Shown piece after piece: positions 21,249 through 29,539 of a stretch of DNA of 55,703 nucleotides. This DNA comes from an uncultured Candidatus Saccharibacteria bacterium (GTDB taxonomy: Bacteria > Patescibacteriota > Minisyncoccia > Sungbacterales > HO2-52-23). How positions within the stretch are numbered: the first letter of the stretch is position 1; each line of letters starts with the position of its first letter. Both the position numbers and the translations under genes were made by a program. The stretch is from NCBI GenBank assembly GCA_964412615.1, contig CAYPPK010000005.1:1-55703 (forward strand), written 5' to 3'. Below the pieces are notes generated by a model. That model was not told the DNA's origin. It worked only from the letters and a program-made list of their open reading frames with translations, and did not search any database.

Positions 21249-21875
21249 ATGTACCCCAAGTCAATCAAGGTTTTAATTGATTTATTCACTAAATTTCCGA
21301 GCGTGGGTCCGCGCCAAGCATCCCGTTTTGCTTTTTTTGTCCTTAAGCAGAATGGAGGATATTTGGCCGAGCTTAGGGACGCTTTAAAAAATCTGCAAGA
21401 AAAGGTTGTTTTTTGCTCCCAATGTTTTCGTTCCATGGAAGCAAACGGGCAGAATGGATTATGTTCTCTTTGTGCTGATAATAAAAGAGACATCTCCATC
21501 ATTGCCGTGGTGGAAAAAGAGTCAGATATGCAGAATTTAGAAAAAACCGGCGCTTACACCGGACTTTATCACGTGCTGGGAGGAACTATTTCCCCGCTAG
21601 ACGCGGACTCTCCTAAAAAAATACACTTAAAGGAACTCTATGAAAGAGTTAAAAATAAACTGGAAGCAAAACAAAAATGCGAAATAGTCCTAGCGACTAA
21701 TCCAACCACGGAGGGTGATACTACTGCGCTCTACATAGAAAGAGTGCTGGCTCCTTTGCAAAACCACTTTCAAGGTTTCAAAGTATCGCGCCTGGGCCGC
21801 GGCTTATCTTTAGGTTCGGAACTTGAGCACGTAGACGAAACAACTCTTAAGAACGCGCTAAAAAATAGAAATTAA
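21249..21875 (+). CDS. recR: recombination protein RecR
   Basis: It has an HhH N-terminus (LIDLFTKFPSVGPRQASRFAF), a C4 zinc finger (CSQC...CSLC) and a Toprim domain. Confidence 0.9.
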   Translation: MYPKSIKVLIDLFTKFPSVGPRQASRFAFFVLKQNGGYLAELRDALKNLQEKVVFCSQCFRSMEANGQNGLCSLCADNKRDISIIAVVEKESDMQNLEKTGAYTGLYHVLGGTISPLDADSPKKIHLKELYERVKNKLEAKQKCEIVLATNPTTEGDTTALYIERVLAPLQNHFQGFKVSRLGRGLSLGSELEHVDETTLKNALKNRN

Positions 21876-21879
21876 AAAT

Positions 21880-21921
21880 CAATTAACATAATATATGCGA
21901 TCGCATATATTATGTTAATCA
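21880..21921. repeat. palindromic repeat element, copy A (perfect 38-bp palindrome 21882-21919)
   Basis: attaacataatatatgcga|tcgcatatattatgttaat. A near-identical copy lies at 22316-22357. Confidence 0.9.
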
Positions 21922-21948
21922 ACGTTAATCAGCCTCAAGAGTTTTTAT

Positions 21949-22266
21949 CTAAGAAATAACCTTCTTTATTTCCACCTCGGTGTAAGATTGGCGATGTCCT
22001 TTCTTTTTGCGATAACGGGTCTTGGCGTGGTATTTGAAAACAATCACCTTTCTTCCTCGGCCCTGTTTAAGCACTTTTGCCTCTACCTTTGCGCCCTTAA
22101 GAGTCGGAGTGCCAATTTCCGCATTTTTGTCTTCGCCGGCCAGCAGCACTTGATCAAACAGAAAAATGTCGCCCTCGTTGGCGTCCAATTTTTCTACCTT
22201 TATTTTTTGCCCGGGACTCACCAGATACTGCTTGCCACCGGTTTTTATTACGGCAAATTGAGACAC
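21949..22266 (-). CDS. rplU: 50S ribosomal protein L21
   Basis: MSQFAVIKTGGKQYLVSPGQKIKVEKL... is typical L21. It has a GTG start. Confidence 0.93.
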   Translation of the reverse strand: MSQFAVIKTGGKQYLVSPGQKIKVEKLDANEGDIFLFDQVLLAGEDKNAEIGTPTLKGAKVEAKVLKQGRGRKVIVFKYHAKTRYRKKKGHRQSYTEVEIKKVIS

Positions 22267-22275
22267 AATGGAATG

Positions 22276-22304
22276 ACTATAACAAAATTGGCTTAAAAAC
22301 GCAA
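22276..22304 (-). promoter_or_regulatory. candidate rplU promoter
   Basis: The minus strand reads TTGCGT (22299-22304), a 17-nt spacer, then TATAGT (22276-22281). The -10 box is 9 nt from the GTG start. Confidence 0.45.
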
Positions 22305-22315
22305 GTATTACAGGA

Positions 22316-22357
22316 CAATTAGCATAATATATGCGACCGCATATAAAATGTTAATCA
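22316..22357. repeat. palindromic repeat element, copy B
   Basis: attagcataatatatgcgaccgcatataaaatgttaat matches copy A at 34 of 38 core positions and shares the flanks ca...ca. Confidence 0.9.
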
Positions 22358-22376
22358 TCATCAAATAAAAATTAAT

Positions 22377-23411
22377 TTATTCTGCTTCAGCCGGCCCGGC
22401 AACAGCTAGTGGTTCAACACCTACTTTCTCGCCGGTGATGCGTAAAACATCCTTATCTATTTTGCCAAATTCTTTATAAGCGTGATTATACATGCTAACC
22501 GTGGTGCCAAGATTTTTACCGAGTTTCTGCATATATTCATCAAACCCGGAAAGATGCCTGCCCAGATTTTCTACTTGCTTAATTATCTCTTTTGCTTGCT
22601 CAGAAATTTTCTGGTTTTTCAGTCCCTGTAGAACTGTTTGCAGATAAGCAAGAAAAGACGTGGGTGATACGATAATTACCCGCCTCTGGCCGGCATAGTG
22701 AATGAGATTTCGGGTGTCATCGGCCACCGCGCCCACTTTGTTTATCAGCAAATCATAATATACCGCCTCCGAGGGGATAAACATAAAAGCAAAATCCATG
22801 GTATTTTCCTCCGGCTTTACGTATTTAGATGTTTCATCAATCCTGGTCTTTAAGTCAGCAATAAGAGCGCTCTCATGTCGTTTTTTTTCATTCGGATCTT
22901 TTGCTTCCAAAATTCGGTTATAATTTTCCAAGCTGAATTTGGAATCAATAGGGATGATCCGCTTATCCACGAAGACCACCGCGTCTACAATAACCTTATC
23001 AGAAAACGGATATTGCATCTGATAGGAGCCGGGGGGCAGCACATTTTTAAGAACTGTTTCTAAATAATATTCTCCTAAAATTCCTCGCTGTTTGGGGTTT
23101 TTCAATATATCCTGCAGATTTTTTAGCTGATCGGCGAAATTTACCACCTGGCGGTTGGTCTCATCCAGTTTTACCAATTTTTCCGTAACTTCTTGGACAA
23201 TTTTCGTACTGGCGCCAAATTGATTTTGCAGCATTCGGTTGGATTCGTTCAGCCGTTCATCCAAAGTGCGCACCACCTGGTTAATCTGATTTTGCAGCAT
23301 TAACAGCGAATCCTGGGGTTTTTCCGGTTCTCTCTTTCTTGTCAAAACCCAAAATAAACCGGCAAAACCGGCCAGCACAATCAATGACAGAAGAATAAAC
23401 TCAAAACTCAT
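22377..23411 (-). CDS. rmuC: DNA recombination protein RmuC family (short)
   Basis: It has an N-terminal TM anchor, a coiled coil, and then a RmuC-like nuclease region (DAVVFVDKRIIPIDSKF...FMFIPSEAVY). Confidence 0.75.
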   Translation of the reverse strand: MSFEFILLSLIVLAGFAGLFWVLTRKREPEKPQDSLLMLQNQINQVVRTLDERLNESNRMLQNQFGASTKIVQEVTEKLVKLDETNRQVVNFADQLKNLQDILKNPKQRGILGEYYLETVLKNVLPPGSYQMQYPFSDKVIVDAVVFVDKRIIPIDSKFSLENYNRILEAKDPNEKKRHESALIADLKTRIDETSKYVKPEENTMDFAFMFIPSEAVYYDLLINKVGAVADDTRNLIHYAGQRRVIIVSPTSFLAYLQTVLQGLKNQKISEQAKEIIKQVENLGRHLSGFDEYMQKLGKNLGTTVSMYNHAYKEFGKIDKDVLRITGEKVGVEPLAVAGPAEAE

Positions 23412-23457
23412 TAAAACAATTATACCGATTCAGAGCTAAATTGGAAAGCAGCAGATC

Positions 23458-24834
23458 TTAAGAGGAAACCAGCAAGAGTTTTTTTAGTTCAAATAGTTTT
23501 TTGTTATATAGTTCTTGATTTTTCGCCTCCAAGACCAGACGCACTAATGGTTCGGTATTGGAGGGCCTGATATTAAACCACCAGTCCGGAAATTCCACGG
23601 TTATGCCATCCAGGGCGCTGATTTTTGCCTTTTGATAATAGCGCTTTATTTTATCCATTATTGATATTTTATCTTTAACTTCAAAATTTATTTCCGGAGA
23701 AGTAACATAGCGTTCCAGCGGTTCTATCAGCTGCGAAAGCGGACGCGGAGAAGAAGCAATAATCTGCGCAAGCCGGATAAAAGCAAGCAGACCGGATTCA
23801 TCAAAAAAGAAATCCCGAAAATATAATTTTCCGGAAAGCTCAACTCCCAAAAAGGCGTCATTGGCTCGCATTAGCTTTTCCACATTGGTATACCCCACCG
23901 GCGACAACTTGACCTCGCCACCAAGCTCTTTTATTGATTCCCGCACGCCATTGGAAGTATTTACAGTTAAAATAAAAGTCCCGCTTTTATTTTTCTTAAG
24001 CATTTCTTGGGCAAAAAGAGCTGAGATGAAATCTTGGCGAATAAATCTGCCTTTTTCGTCCAGAAAGACAACCCGGTCGCCGTCGCCATCAAAGATGGCG
24101 CCAAAACGATATTTGCCGTTCTTTAGTTCAGCCTGGATATGCTTTTGGGCTTCATCCAGAAGAGGGTTGGGCAAGTGACGACTGAAAGACCCATCCGGTT
24201 CAAAAAAAATGGGCTTATAAGTAATATTGGGAAAACGATTTAGGAGATCTGGCAGGAAAAATGCCGTACTTCCGCCGCTGGCGTCTACTGCTACCGAAAT
24301 TTTGGAAGAGATAGATATGTTGCGGGAAATATATTTAATATATTTTTCTTTATAATTATTCTGCACTGGCAAAACCATTCCTGTTTTTCTCTTATCGGTT
24401 ATGTCGGTTTTCTCAATTATTTTTTGAATTTCGCTTAATCCACTGTCCAGGCTGACGGCCTTGCCCCCTTTACTGCGTATTTTAAAGCCATTATATTCGG
24501 CAGGGTTATGAGAAGCAGTCACCATAATGCCACCATCTACGCTCTCGGTGTGAGTAAGGAAATAAAAAAACGGCGTAGTACCTATACCAATATCAACGAC
24601 GTCGCTTCCTTGGTTCATAACCCCTTTTATTAAAGCCTTTGTGAGAACCGGTGAAGAGTCGCGCACATCCCGGCAAATTAAAAAAGTATTTTTCCTTTTC
24701 TTGTTCTTTTTAGCCAAAAATTCCGCCACTGCCCAGCCGATTTTTTCTGCAATCTCCGGATTAATTTCCCTTGGAAATTTTCCGCGAATATCGTATGCTT
24801 TAAAGATATTTGAGTTTATTTTTACAGTTTTCAT
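23458..24834 (-). CDS. phosphomannomutase/phosphoglucomutase family protein
   Basis: It has an active-site loop TASHNPAEYNGFK and a metal loop FDGDGDR, and is 458 aa. Confidence 0.88.
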   Translation of the reverse strand: MKTVKINSNIFKAYDIRGKFPREINPEIAEKIGWAVAEFLAKKNKKRKNTFLICRDVRDSSPVLTKALIKGVMNQGSDVVDIGIGTTPFFYFLTHTESVDGGIMVTASHNPAEYNGFKIRSKGGKAVSLDSGLSEIQKIIEKTDITDKRKTGMVLPVQNNYKEKYIKYISRNISISSKISVAVDASGGSTAFFLPDLLNRFPNITYKPIFFEPDGSFSRHLPNPLLDEAQKHIQAELKNGKYRFGAIFDGDGDRVVFLDEKGRFIRQDFISALFAQEMLKKNKSGTFILTVNTSNGVRESIKELGGEVKLSPVGYTNVEKLMRANDAFLGVELSGKLYFRDFFFDESGLLAFIRLAQIIASSPRPLSQLIEPLERYVTSPEINFEVKDKISIMDKIKRYYQKAKISALDGITVEFPDWWFNIRPSNTEPLVRLVLEAKNQELYNKKLFELKKLLLVSS

Positions 24835-24849
24835 TATTAGTTTAAGTAT

Positions 24850-25911
24850 ATGCCATTAAAGATAGGAATTGTAGGTTTGCCCAATGTCGGCAAGTCCACT
24901 TTATTCAAGGCCCTGACCAGACAGTCGGTGGATATTGCCAATTATCCTTTTGCCACTATTGACCCAAATGTGGGCATAGTGCAAGTGCCTGACGAGAGAC
25001 TGGCAAAATTAGCTGAACTTTCTCACTCTAAAAAAACAATTCCCGCTACGGTTGAATTTGTAGACATAGCCGGCTTGGTGAAGGGCGCGGCCGAGGGGGA
25101 AGGACTCGGAAATAAATTTCTAACTCACATTCGTGAAGTGGACGCCGTAGCAGAGGTGGTGAGGGTTTTTAGTGATCCTGACATAATCCATGTCTCCGGA
25201 GCTCCTGATCCTCTTACTGATATAAAAGTAATTGAGTATGAATTAATTCTGAAGGATTTAGAAACAGCCGAAAAACGACTGGAATCGCTGCAGAAAGAAG
25301 TAAAGTCTGGCAAGAAAGGAGCAGCGGAAGAATTAATCAATTTGCAAAAAATTACGGATAGCCTTAAAGCCGGCCATCGGCAATATTTTAATGGAATGTC
25401 CAGCGGATTACAGCTGCTGACCGAAAAACCGGTTGTCTATGTCTTTAATGCCTCGGAAGACCAATTAAAAGAAAAATGGGAGCCTAGGGGAGAATTAAAA
25501 GAGAAAATTGCTGATCAACCTTGGGTCTTGATCTCGGCCAAGACCGAAGCCGAATTGGCTGATCTTTCCGATGAGGAAAGGCAAGAATTTTTAAGTACTT
25601 TGGAAATTACGGAGAGCGGTTTAAATCAACTCATCAAGGTGAGCTATAAGATGCTGGAACTTATGACTTTTCTTACCACCGGAGAAGATGAGACGCGTGC
25701 CTGGACTATACCGGTTGGATCCTCCGCTCCTCGGGCCGGGCGCGCTATTCACTCTGACTTTGAAGAAAAATTTATCAGGGCGGAAGTAATCAATTGGCAG
25801 AAATTATTGGAAGCCGATTCTTGGGCCCAAGCACGAGAATTGGGTTGGCTGAGGACTGAAGGCAAGGAGTATATAGTGCAAGATGGCGATGTGATTGAGT
25901 TTAAAATTTAA
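24850..25911 (+). CDS. ychF: ribosome-binding ATPase YchF
   Basis: It has the G1 motif GLPNVGKST, the YchF-typical NYPFATIDPNVG, and a C-terminal TGS domain ending GDVIEFKI. Confidence 0.93.
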   Translation: MPLKIGIVGLPNVGKSTLFKALTRQSVDIANYPFATIDPNVGIVQVPDERLAKLAELSHSKKTIPATVEFVDIAGLVKGAAEGEGLGNKFLTHIREVDAVAEVVRVFSDPDIIHVSGAPDPLTDIKVIEYELILKDLETAEKRLESLQKEVKSGKKGAAEELINLQKITDSLKAGHRQYFNGMSSGLQLLTEKPVVYVFNASEDQLKEKWEPRGELKEKIADQPWVLISAKTEAELADLSDEERQEFLSTLEITESGLNQLIKVSYKMLELMTFLTTGEDETRAWTIPVGSSAPRAGRAIHSDFEEKFIRAEVINWQKLLEADSWAQARELGWLRTEGKEYIVQDGDVIEFKI

Positions 25912-25915
25912 AAAA

Positions 25916-25930
25916 GGCGCTTAGTGCGCC
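25916..25930 (-). terminator. short GC hairpin at the convergent ychF / ORF 25921 junction
   Basis: ggcgc-ttagt-gcgcc, with a T run on the minus-strand side (plus-strand A run 25910-25915). Confidence 0.4.
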
Positions 25931-26268
25931 TGTGGTTGTGAAGGCCGAACAGAAATAGTGATGATCCAGGAAGGATAATTTTCAAAATCAAACCTATCGC
26001 ATCTATCTTCGTCTATCAATGTACCGTCCATTACTATATCTAACTCGCATGGATGCCCATTATGGTCATGAAATGGAATATTGAGATAATTTGCTGCTTT
26101 TCTTTGGCCATGTTTGTTGCTAGACAAATACCAGCCAGTCCAAGTTACATGCTCAAAAAATTTCTCGAGATATGAAGGCAAATATCCTCCTTTAATAAGT
26201 GCGCGCACGCCTTGAGCCAAGGTCATATCTACTTGAGTAACCCTCGCTTTAAACTGAATAACCGTCAT
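25921..26268 (-). CDS. hypothetical protein (115 aa)
   Basis: The ORF has GGGAG about 6 nt upstream. I do not recognise a family. Confidence 0.5.
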   Translation of the reverse strand: MTVIQFKARVTQVDMTLAQGVRALIKGGYLPSYLEKFFEHVTWTGWYLSSNKHGQRKAANYLNIPFHDHNGHPCELDIVMDGTLIDEDRCDRFDFENYPSWIITISVRPSQPQAH

Positions 26269-26388
26269 CTACTTCTCCCGAGTTAAGTTCTAGACATAAG
26301 CATACTGCAAAAAGCAAAAGTGTCAATAATTTTGTGCTTCCAATCACTAACTTGAATTTTTATTCATATATGTTACACTAATTGGGAT

Positions 26389-26826
26389 ATGACTGAAGCC
26401 AAAAAATATGAGCTTGCCTATCTTCTTTCCCCGGCTATTGCCGAAGAGGAGGTTTTAGTTTGGGCGGGAAAACTGGCAAAAATAATTGAAGATGCAGGCG
26501 GCATAGTGCGCCACCAAGAAAGTCCAACCAAGCGCAAGCTGGCCTTTGAAATTAAAAAAGAGCGAAATGCCTACTTTGGCTGGACCACTTTTACCACGGC
26601 AGCAGAAACCATAAATACGCTAGAAAAGAAATTAAAAAATGCGGAAAATGTGCTGCGCCACATGATCGTAGCCGAAGAAGAAGTCATTCAATCTGCTCGA
26701 ATTTTCACTCCCCGGCCCGCTGTTCTACCCAGAAGCAAGCCCGCTCCGGTTGCTCCGGAAAAATCCGAAGAAAAACTGGATTTGGAAGAATTGGACAAAA
26801 AATTGGAGGAAATTTTAGGAAAATAG
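26389..26826 (+). CDS. rpsF: 30S ribosomal protein S6 (with C-terminal extension)
   Basis: YELAYLLSP...VRHQESPTKRKLAFEIKK is S6-like. It is the first gene of rpsF-ssb-rpsR. Confidence 0.88.
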   Translation: MTEAKKYELAYLLSPAIAEEEVLVWAGKLAKIIEDAGGIVRHQESPTKRKLAFEIKKERNAYFGWTTFTTAAETINTLEKKLKNAENVLRHMIVAEEEVIQSARIFTPRPAVLPRSKPAPVAPEKSEEKLDLEELDKKLEEILGK

Positions 26827-26961
26827 TATAGTAGAAGCATGAATCCCACACATAACTTGTACTGGCTCAATGCGCCTTGTGTGGGATAACGAAAAATGCA
26901 TAACTAACGACTTGTATACTATATCGTTTCCTGGCACAGGACATGGGGTGGAATACAAGTT

Positions 26962-27429
26962 ATGCGTGGGATGAATCTAAACAAAGTGTTCGTTTTGGGA
27001 AATTTGACCAGAGACCCGGAACTTCGCCAAACCCCGTCTGGGCAAGCGGTTTGTTCTTTTGGGGTCGCTACCAACAGATTTTATACCGACAGCGCCGGCC
27101 AAAAGCAAAAACAGGCGGAATTTCATAATATTGTATCTTGGGGACGGCAAGCTGAAATTGTAAATCAATACCTGAAGAAAGGAAGCGCCATTCTAGTGGA
27201 GGGACATTTGCAAACTCGTTCTTGGCAAGATCAGCAGGGAGCAAAACATTGGAGAACGGAGATAATTGCCGAAAGGGTTCAGCTCCCTCCGAGAAACATG
27301 GACGGAGGCCGGGAGGAGGGCGCGCAAAACGCGCCGGAAGACTCAGGAATACAACCAGACGCGTCCACTCCGGTAATTGAGCTTTCGGAAGGAGGAGAAG
27401 AAATTAACATGAAAGACATACCATTCTAG
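26962..27429 (+). CDS. ssb: single-stranded DNA-binding protein
   Basis: It has an OB fold (NKVFVLGNLTRDPELRQTPSGQAV...FHNIVSWGRQAE) and the acidic C-terminal tip DIPF. Confidence 0.93.
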   Translation: MRGMNLNKVFVLGNLTRDPELRQTPSGQAVCSFGVATNRFYTDSAGQKQKQAEFHNIVSWGRQAEIVNQYLKKGSAILVEGHLQTRSWQDQQGAKHWRTEIIAERVQLPPRNMDGGREEGAQNAPEDSGIQPDASTPVIELSEGGEEINMKDIPF

Positions 27430-27430
27430 G

Positions 27431-27494
27431 AATTAGCTGGTAGAAATTAGCTGGTAGGTTTACCTACAAGCTACAAGCTACAAGCTACAAGCTA
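27431..27494. repeat. two short tandem repeats in the ssb-rpsR spacer
   Basis: aattagctggtag occurs twice (27431-27443 and 27445-27457). ctacaag occurs four times plus a partial copy (27464-27494). The two arrays are imperfect reverse complements of one another. Confidence 0.9.
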
Positions 27495-27496
27495 AC

Positions 27497-27715
27497 TTGC
27501 AGCAGCAAATTGAAAAAAAACAATGTTTCTTTTGTACCACTAACCGTGATGTAATTGACTATAAAGATGCGGAATTGCTGCGTCGGTTCATGAGCGTGCA
27601 AGCCAAAATTTATCCGCGCCGAAAGTCCGGACTTTGCGCCAGACACCAGAGGCACTTGGCCGTAGCAGTCAAAAGAGCCCGTTATCTGGCTCTGGTGCCC
27701 TATACCACGCGATAG
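27497..27715 (+). CDS. rpsR: 30S ribosomal protein S18
   Basis: CFFCTTNRDVIDYKDAELLRRFMS...RHQRHLAVAVKRARYLALVPY is S18. It has a TTG start. Confidence 0.9.
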   Translation: MQQQIEKKQCFFCTTNRDVIDYKDAELLRRFMSVQAKIYPRRKSGLCARHQRHLAVAVKRARYLALVPYTTR

Positions 27716-27783
27716 CTGGCCATCAAAATACAAATATAAAAGCGCCAGATTCTGGCGCTTTTATATTTGGGCAAATTAGCAAA

Positions 27784-28797
27784 CTAAATTTCTTTTTTCT
27801 CTTCTTTCATTGCCTCTCGCACTTTTTTCATTATTTCATCTCTTACTTTGGGATTTTCCTTAAGATATTGCTTGGCATTGTCAAACCCTTGCCCCAGGCG
27901 CACCGAATCATAAGTTAAACTGGCCCCGGACTTTTTGATGACATTGTATTTCAAGCCATTATTGATGACATCGGCTTCATAAGATATTCCCTCATTATAA
28001 AAAATATCAAATTCCGCGGTGCGGAAAGGAGGCGCTACTTTGTTTTTTACCACCTTGGCTTTTACCCGGTTTCCGATAATGTCTTCTCCCTTTTTAATTT
28101 GCGCTGCCCGGCGCACGTCTATGCGAACGGAAGAATAAAATTTCAGCGCTTTGCCCCCAGGCGTGGTTTCCGGATTCCCCCACATTATGCCGATCTGCAT
28201 CCGAATTTGGTTTATAAATATAATTACCGTCTTAGATTTGGAAACAATAGCCGTAAGCTTGCGCAAGGCATGCGACATCAGCCGCGCCTGTAATCCAACC
28301 TGCTGCTGGCCCATTTCGCCTTCAATTTCCGCTCGGGGAGTAAGCGCTGCCACCGAGTCTACTACTATCACGTCAACCGCGTTAGATCGCACCAATGATT
28401 CCACAATTTCCAAAGCCTGCTCTCCGGTATCTGGCTGGCTGATTAAAAGGTCATTTACTTTTACGCCGATTCTTTTGGCGTATTCGGGGTCAAGAGCGTG
28501 TTCGGCGTCTACAAAAGCGCATAATCCGTTTTTGCGCTGCGCTTCGCGAATAATATGCAGGGCTAAAGTAGTTTTACCGGATGATTCCGGCCCAAAAATT
28601 TCAATTATGCGGCCCCTGGGCACGCCGCCTACTCCCAAGGCCACATCCAAAGAAAAAGCGCCGGTAGGTATGGTGTCCACGTCCACCTTCCTGACTGCTC
28701 CCAACATCATAATGGCGCCCTCGCCGTATTTATCCTGGATTTCTTTCACGGTTGATTCCAATATTTTAATTTTATCTAATTTTTCTTCTTTGGCCAT
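27784..28797 (-). CDS. recA: recombinase RecA
   Basis: It has [12 protein letters not shown], the L1/L2 loop regions and typical RecA sequence throughout, at 337 aa. Confidence 0.97.
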   Translation of the reverse strand: MAKEEKLDKIKILESTVKEIQDKYGEGAIMMLGAVRKVDVDTIPTGAFSLDVALGVGGVPRGRIIEIFGPESSGKTTLALHIIREAQRKNGLCAFVDAEHALDPEYAKRIGVKVNDLLISQPDTGEQALEIVESLVRSNAVDVIVVDSVAALTPRAEIEGEMGQQQVGLQARLMSHALRKLTAIVSKSKTVIIFINQIRMQIGIMWGNPETTPGGKALKFYSSVRIDVRRAAQIKKGEDIIGNRVKAKVVKNKVAPPFRTAEFDIFYNEGISYEADVINNGLKYNVIKKSGASLTYDSVRLGQGFDNAKQYLKENPKVRDEIMKKVREAMKEEKKEI

Positions 28798-28799
28798 TG

Positions 28800-29456
28800 T
28801 TATTGAATTAAAATATTTCTTATGACTTTTGATTCTTTACCAAAGCGATTTTGAGCCAAAAATTCTAAAGTGTGTGCTCCCGCCGGCAATTCGATGTTTT
28901 CCGAAAAATTTCCTGATTCATCAATCTTAATTTCTCGGCCGTTTACTGTCAATTTGCTTTCCTTCTCGGTTTTCCCTTTTACTAAAACCAAGGGCTGAGT
29001 GTAAATTGCTTGCTCCAGCGGTTCTTGCAAGTCTAAAGTTGGGGTTCCTAAAAATTTAGTGAGCCGGAAACCCAGAAAGGCAAGGAAAATCAGGAGGGCC
29101 GCTGCTCCAACCGCGATCCCCAGACGCGCGGGGGTGATTAAGGGAGATATGCCGCGATTTTCCGGAAGCGGCGCAAGTTCTTTGTGTTTTCGGAAATTAC
29201 GCACTTCCCATTCCGCTGCAAATTCTTTTAAAAAAAGTTCCCGTTCACCCATTTTCAGCGTTTCCAGTAAGTGCTTTAAAACTCCAAGCGCATATACTTT
29301 GGCCGAAAAGATCTCAACTTCATCCGCCTCCAGAGCCGTTATATACCTTAGGGGTGCCTGCGTTTCGTGGGCCGCTTCTTCCACCGACATTTCCAGTTCT
29401 TCTCGGCGGTGCCGGCGTCTTTCCCCCAATGTTTCGCGTTCTTTAGGTTTGGACAT
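28800..29456 (-). CDS. RodZ-like helix-turn-helix membrane protein
   Basis: It has an N-terminal HTH ([34 protein letters not shown]), a single TM segment and an extracellular beta-rich C-terminus. Confidence 0.6.
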   Translation of the reverse strand: MSKPKERETLGERRRHRREELEMSVEEAAHETQAPLRYITALEADEVEIFSAKVYALGVLKHLLETLKMGERELFLKEFAAEWEVRNFRKHKELAPLPENRGISPLITPARLGIAVGAAALLIFLAFLGFRLTKFLGTPTLDLQEPLEQAIYTQPLVLVKGKTEKESKLTVNGREIKIDESGNFSENIELPAGAHTLEFLAQNRFGKESKVIRNILIQ

Positions 29457-29539
29457 AACCGAATTAAATTTTATAAGCGACCGGGCGCGTCATGATCTAT
29501 CAAATAATAAGTTTCAAGGACGATCAGGAACCCCAGAAT

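Noticed and set aside
21896-21905. GCGATCGC (cyanobacterial HIP1 octamer) at the centre of palindrome copy A
   Set aside because: It is a single occurrence. Copy B has GCGACCGC. Nothing else suggests cyanobacterial affiliation.
27431-27494. Tandem repeats considered as a possible CRISPR-like or minisatellite array
   Set aside because: The units are only 7 and 13-14 nt with no spacers, and no cas genes are present. They are simple short tandem repeats.
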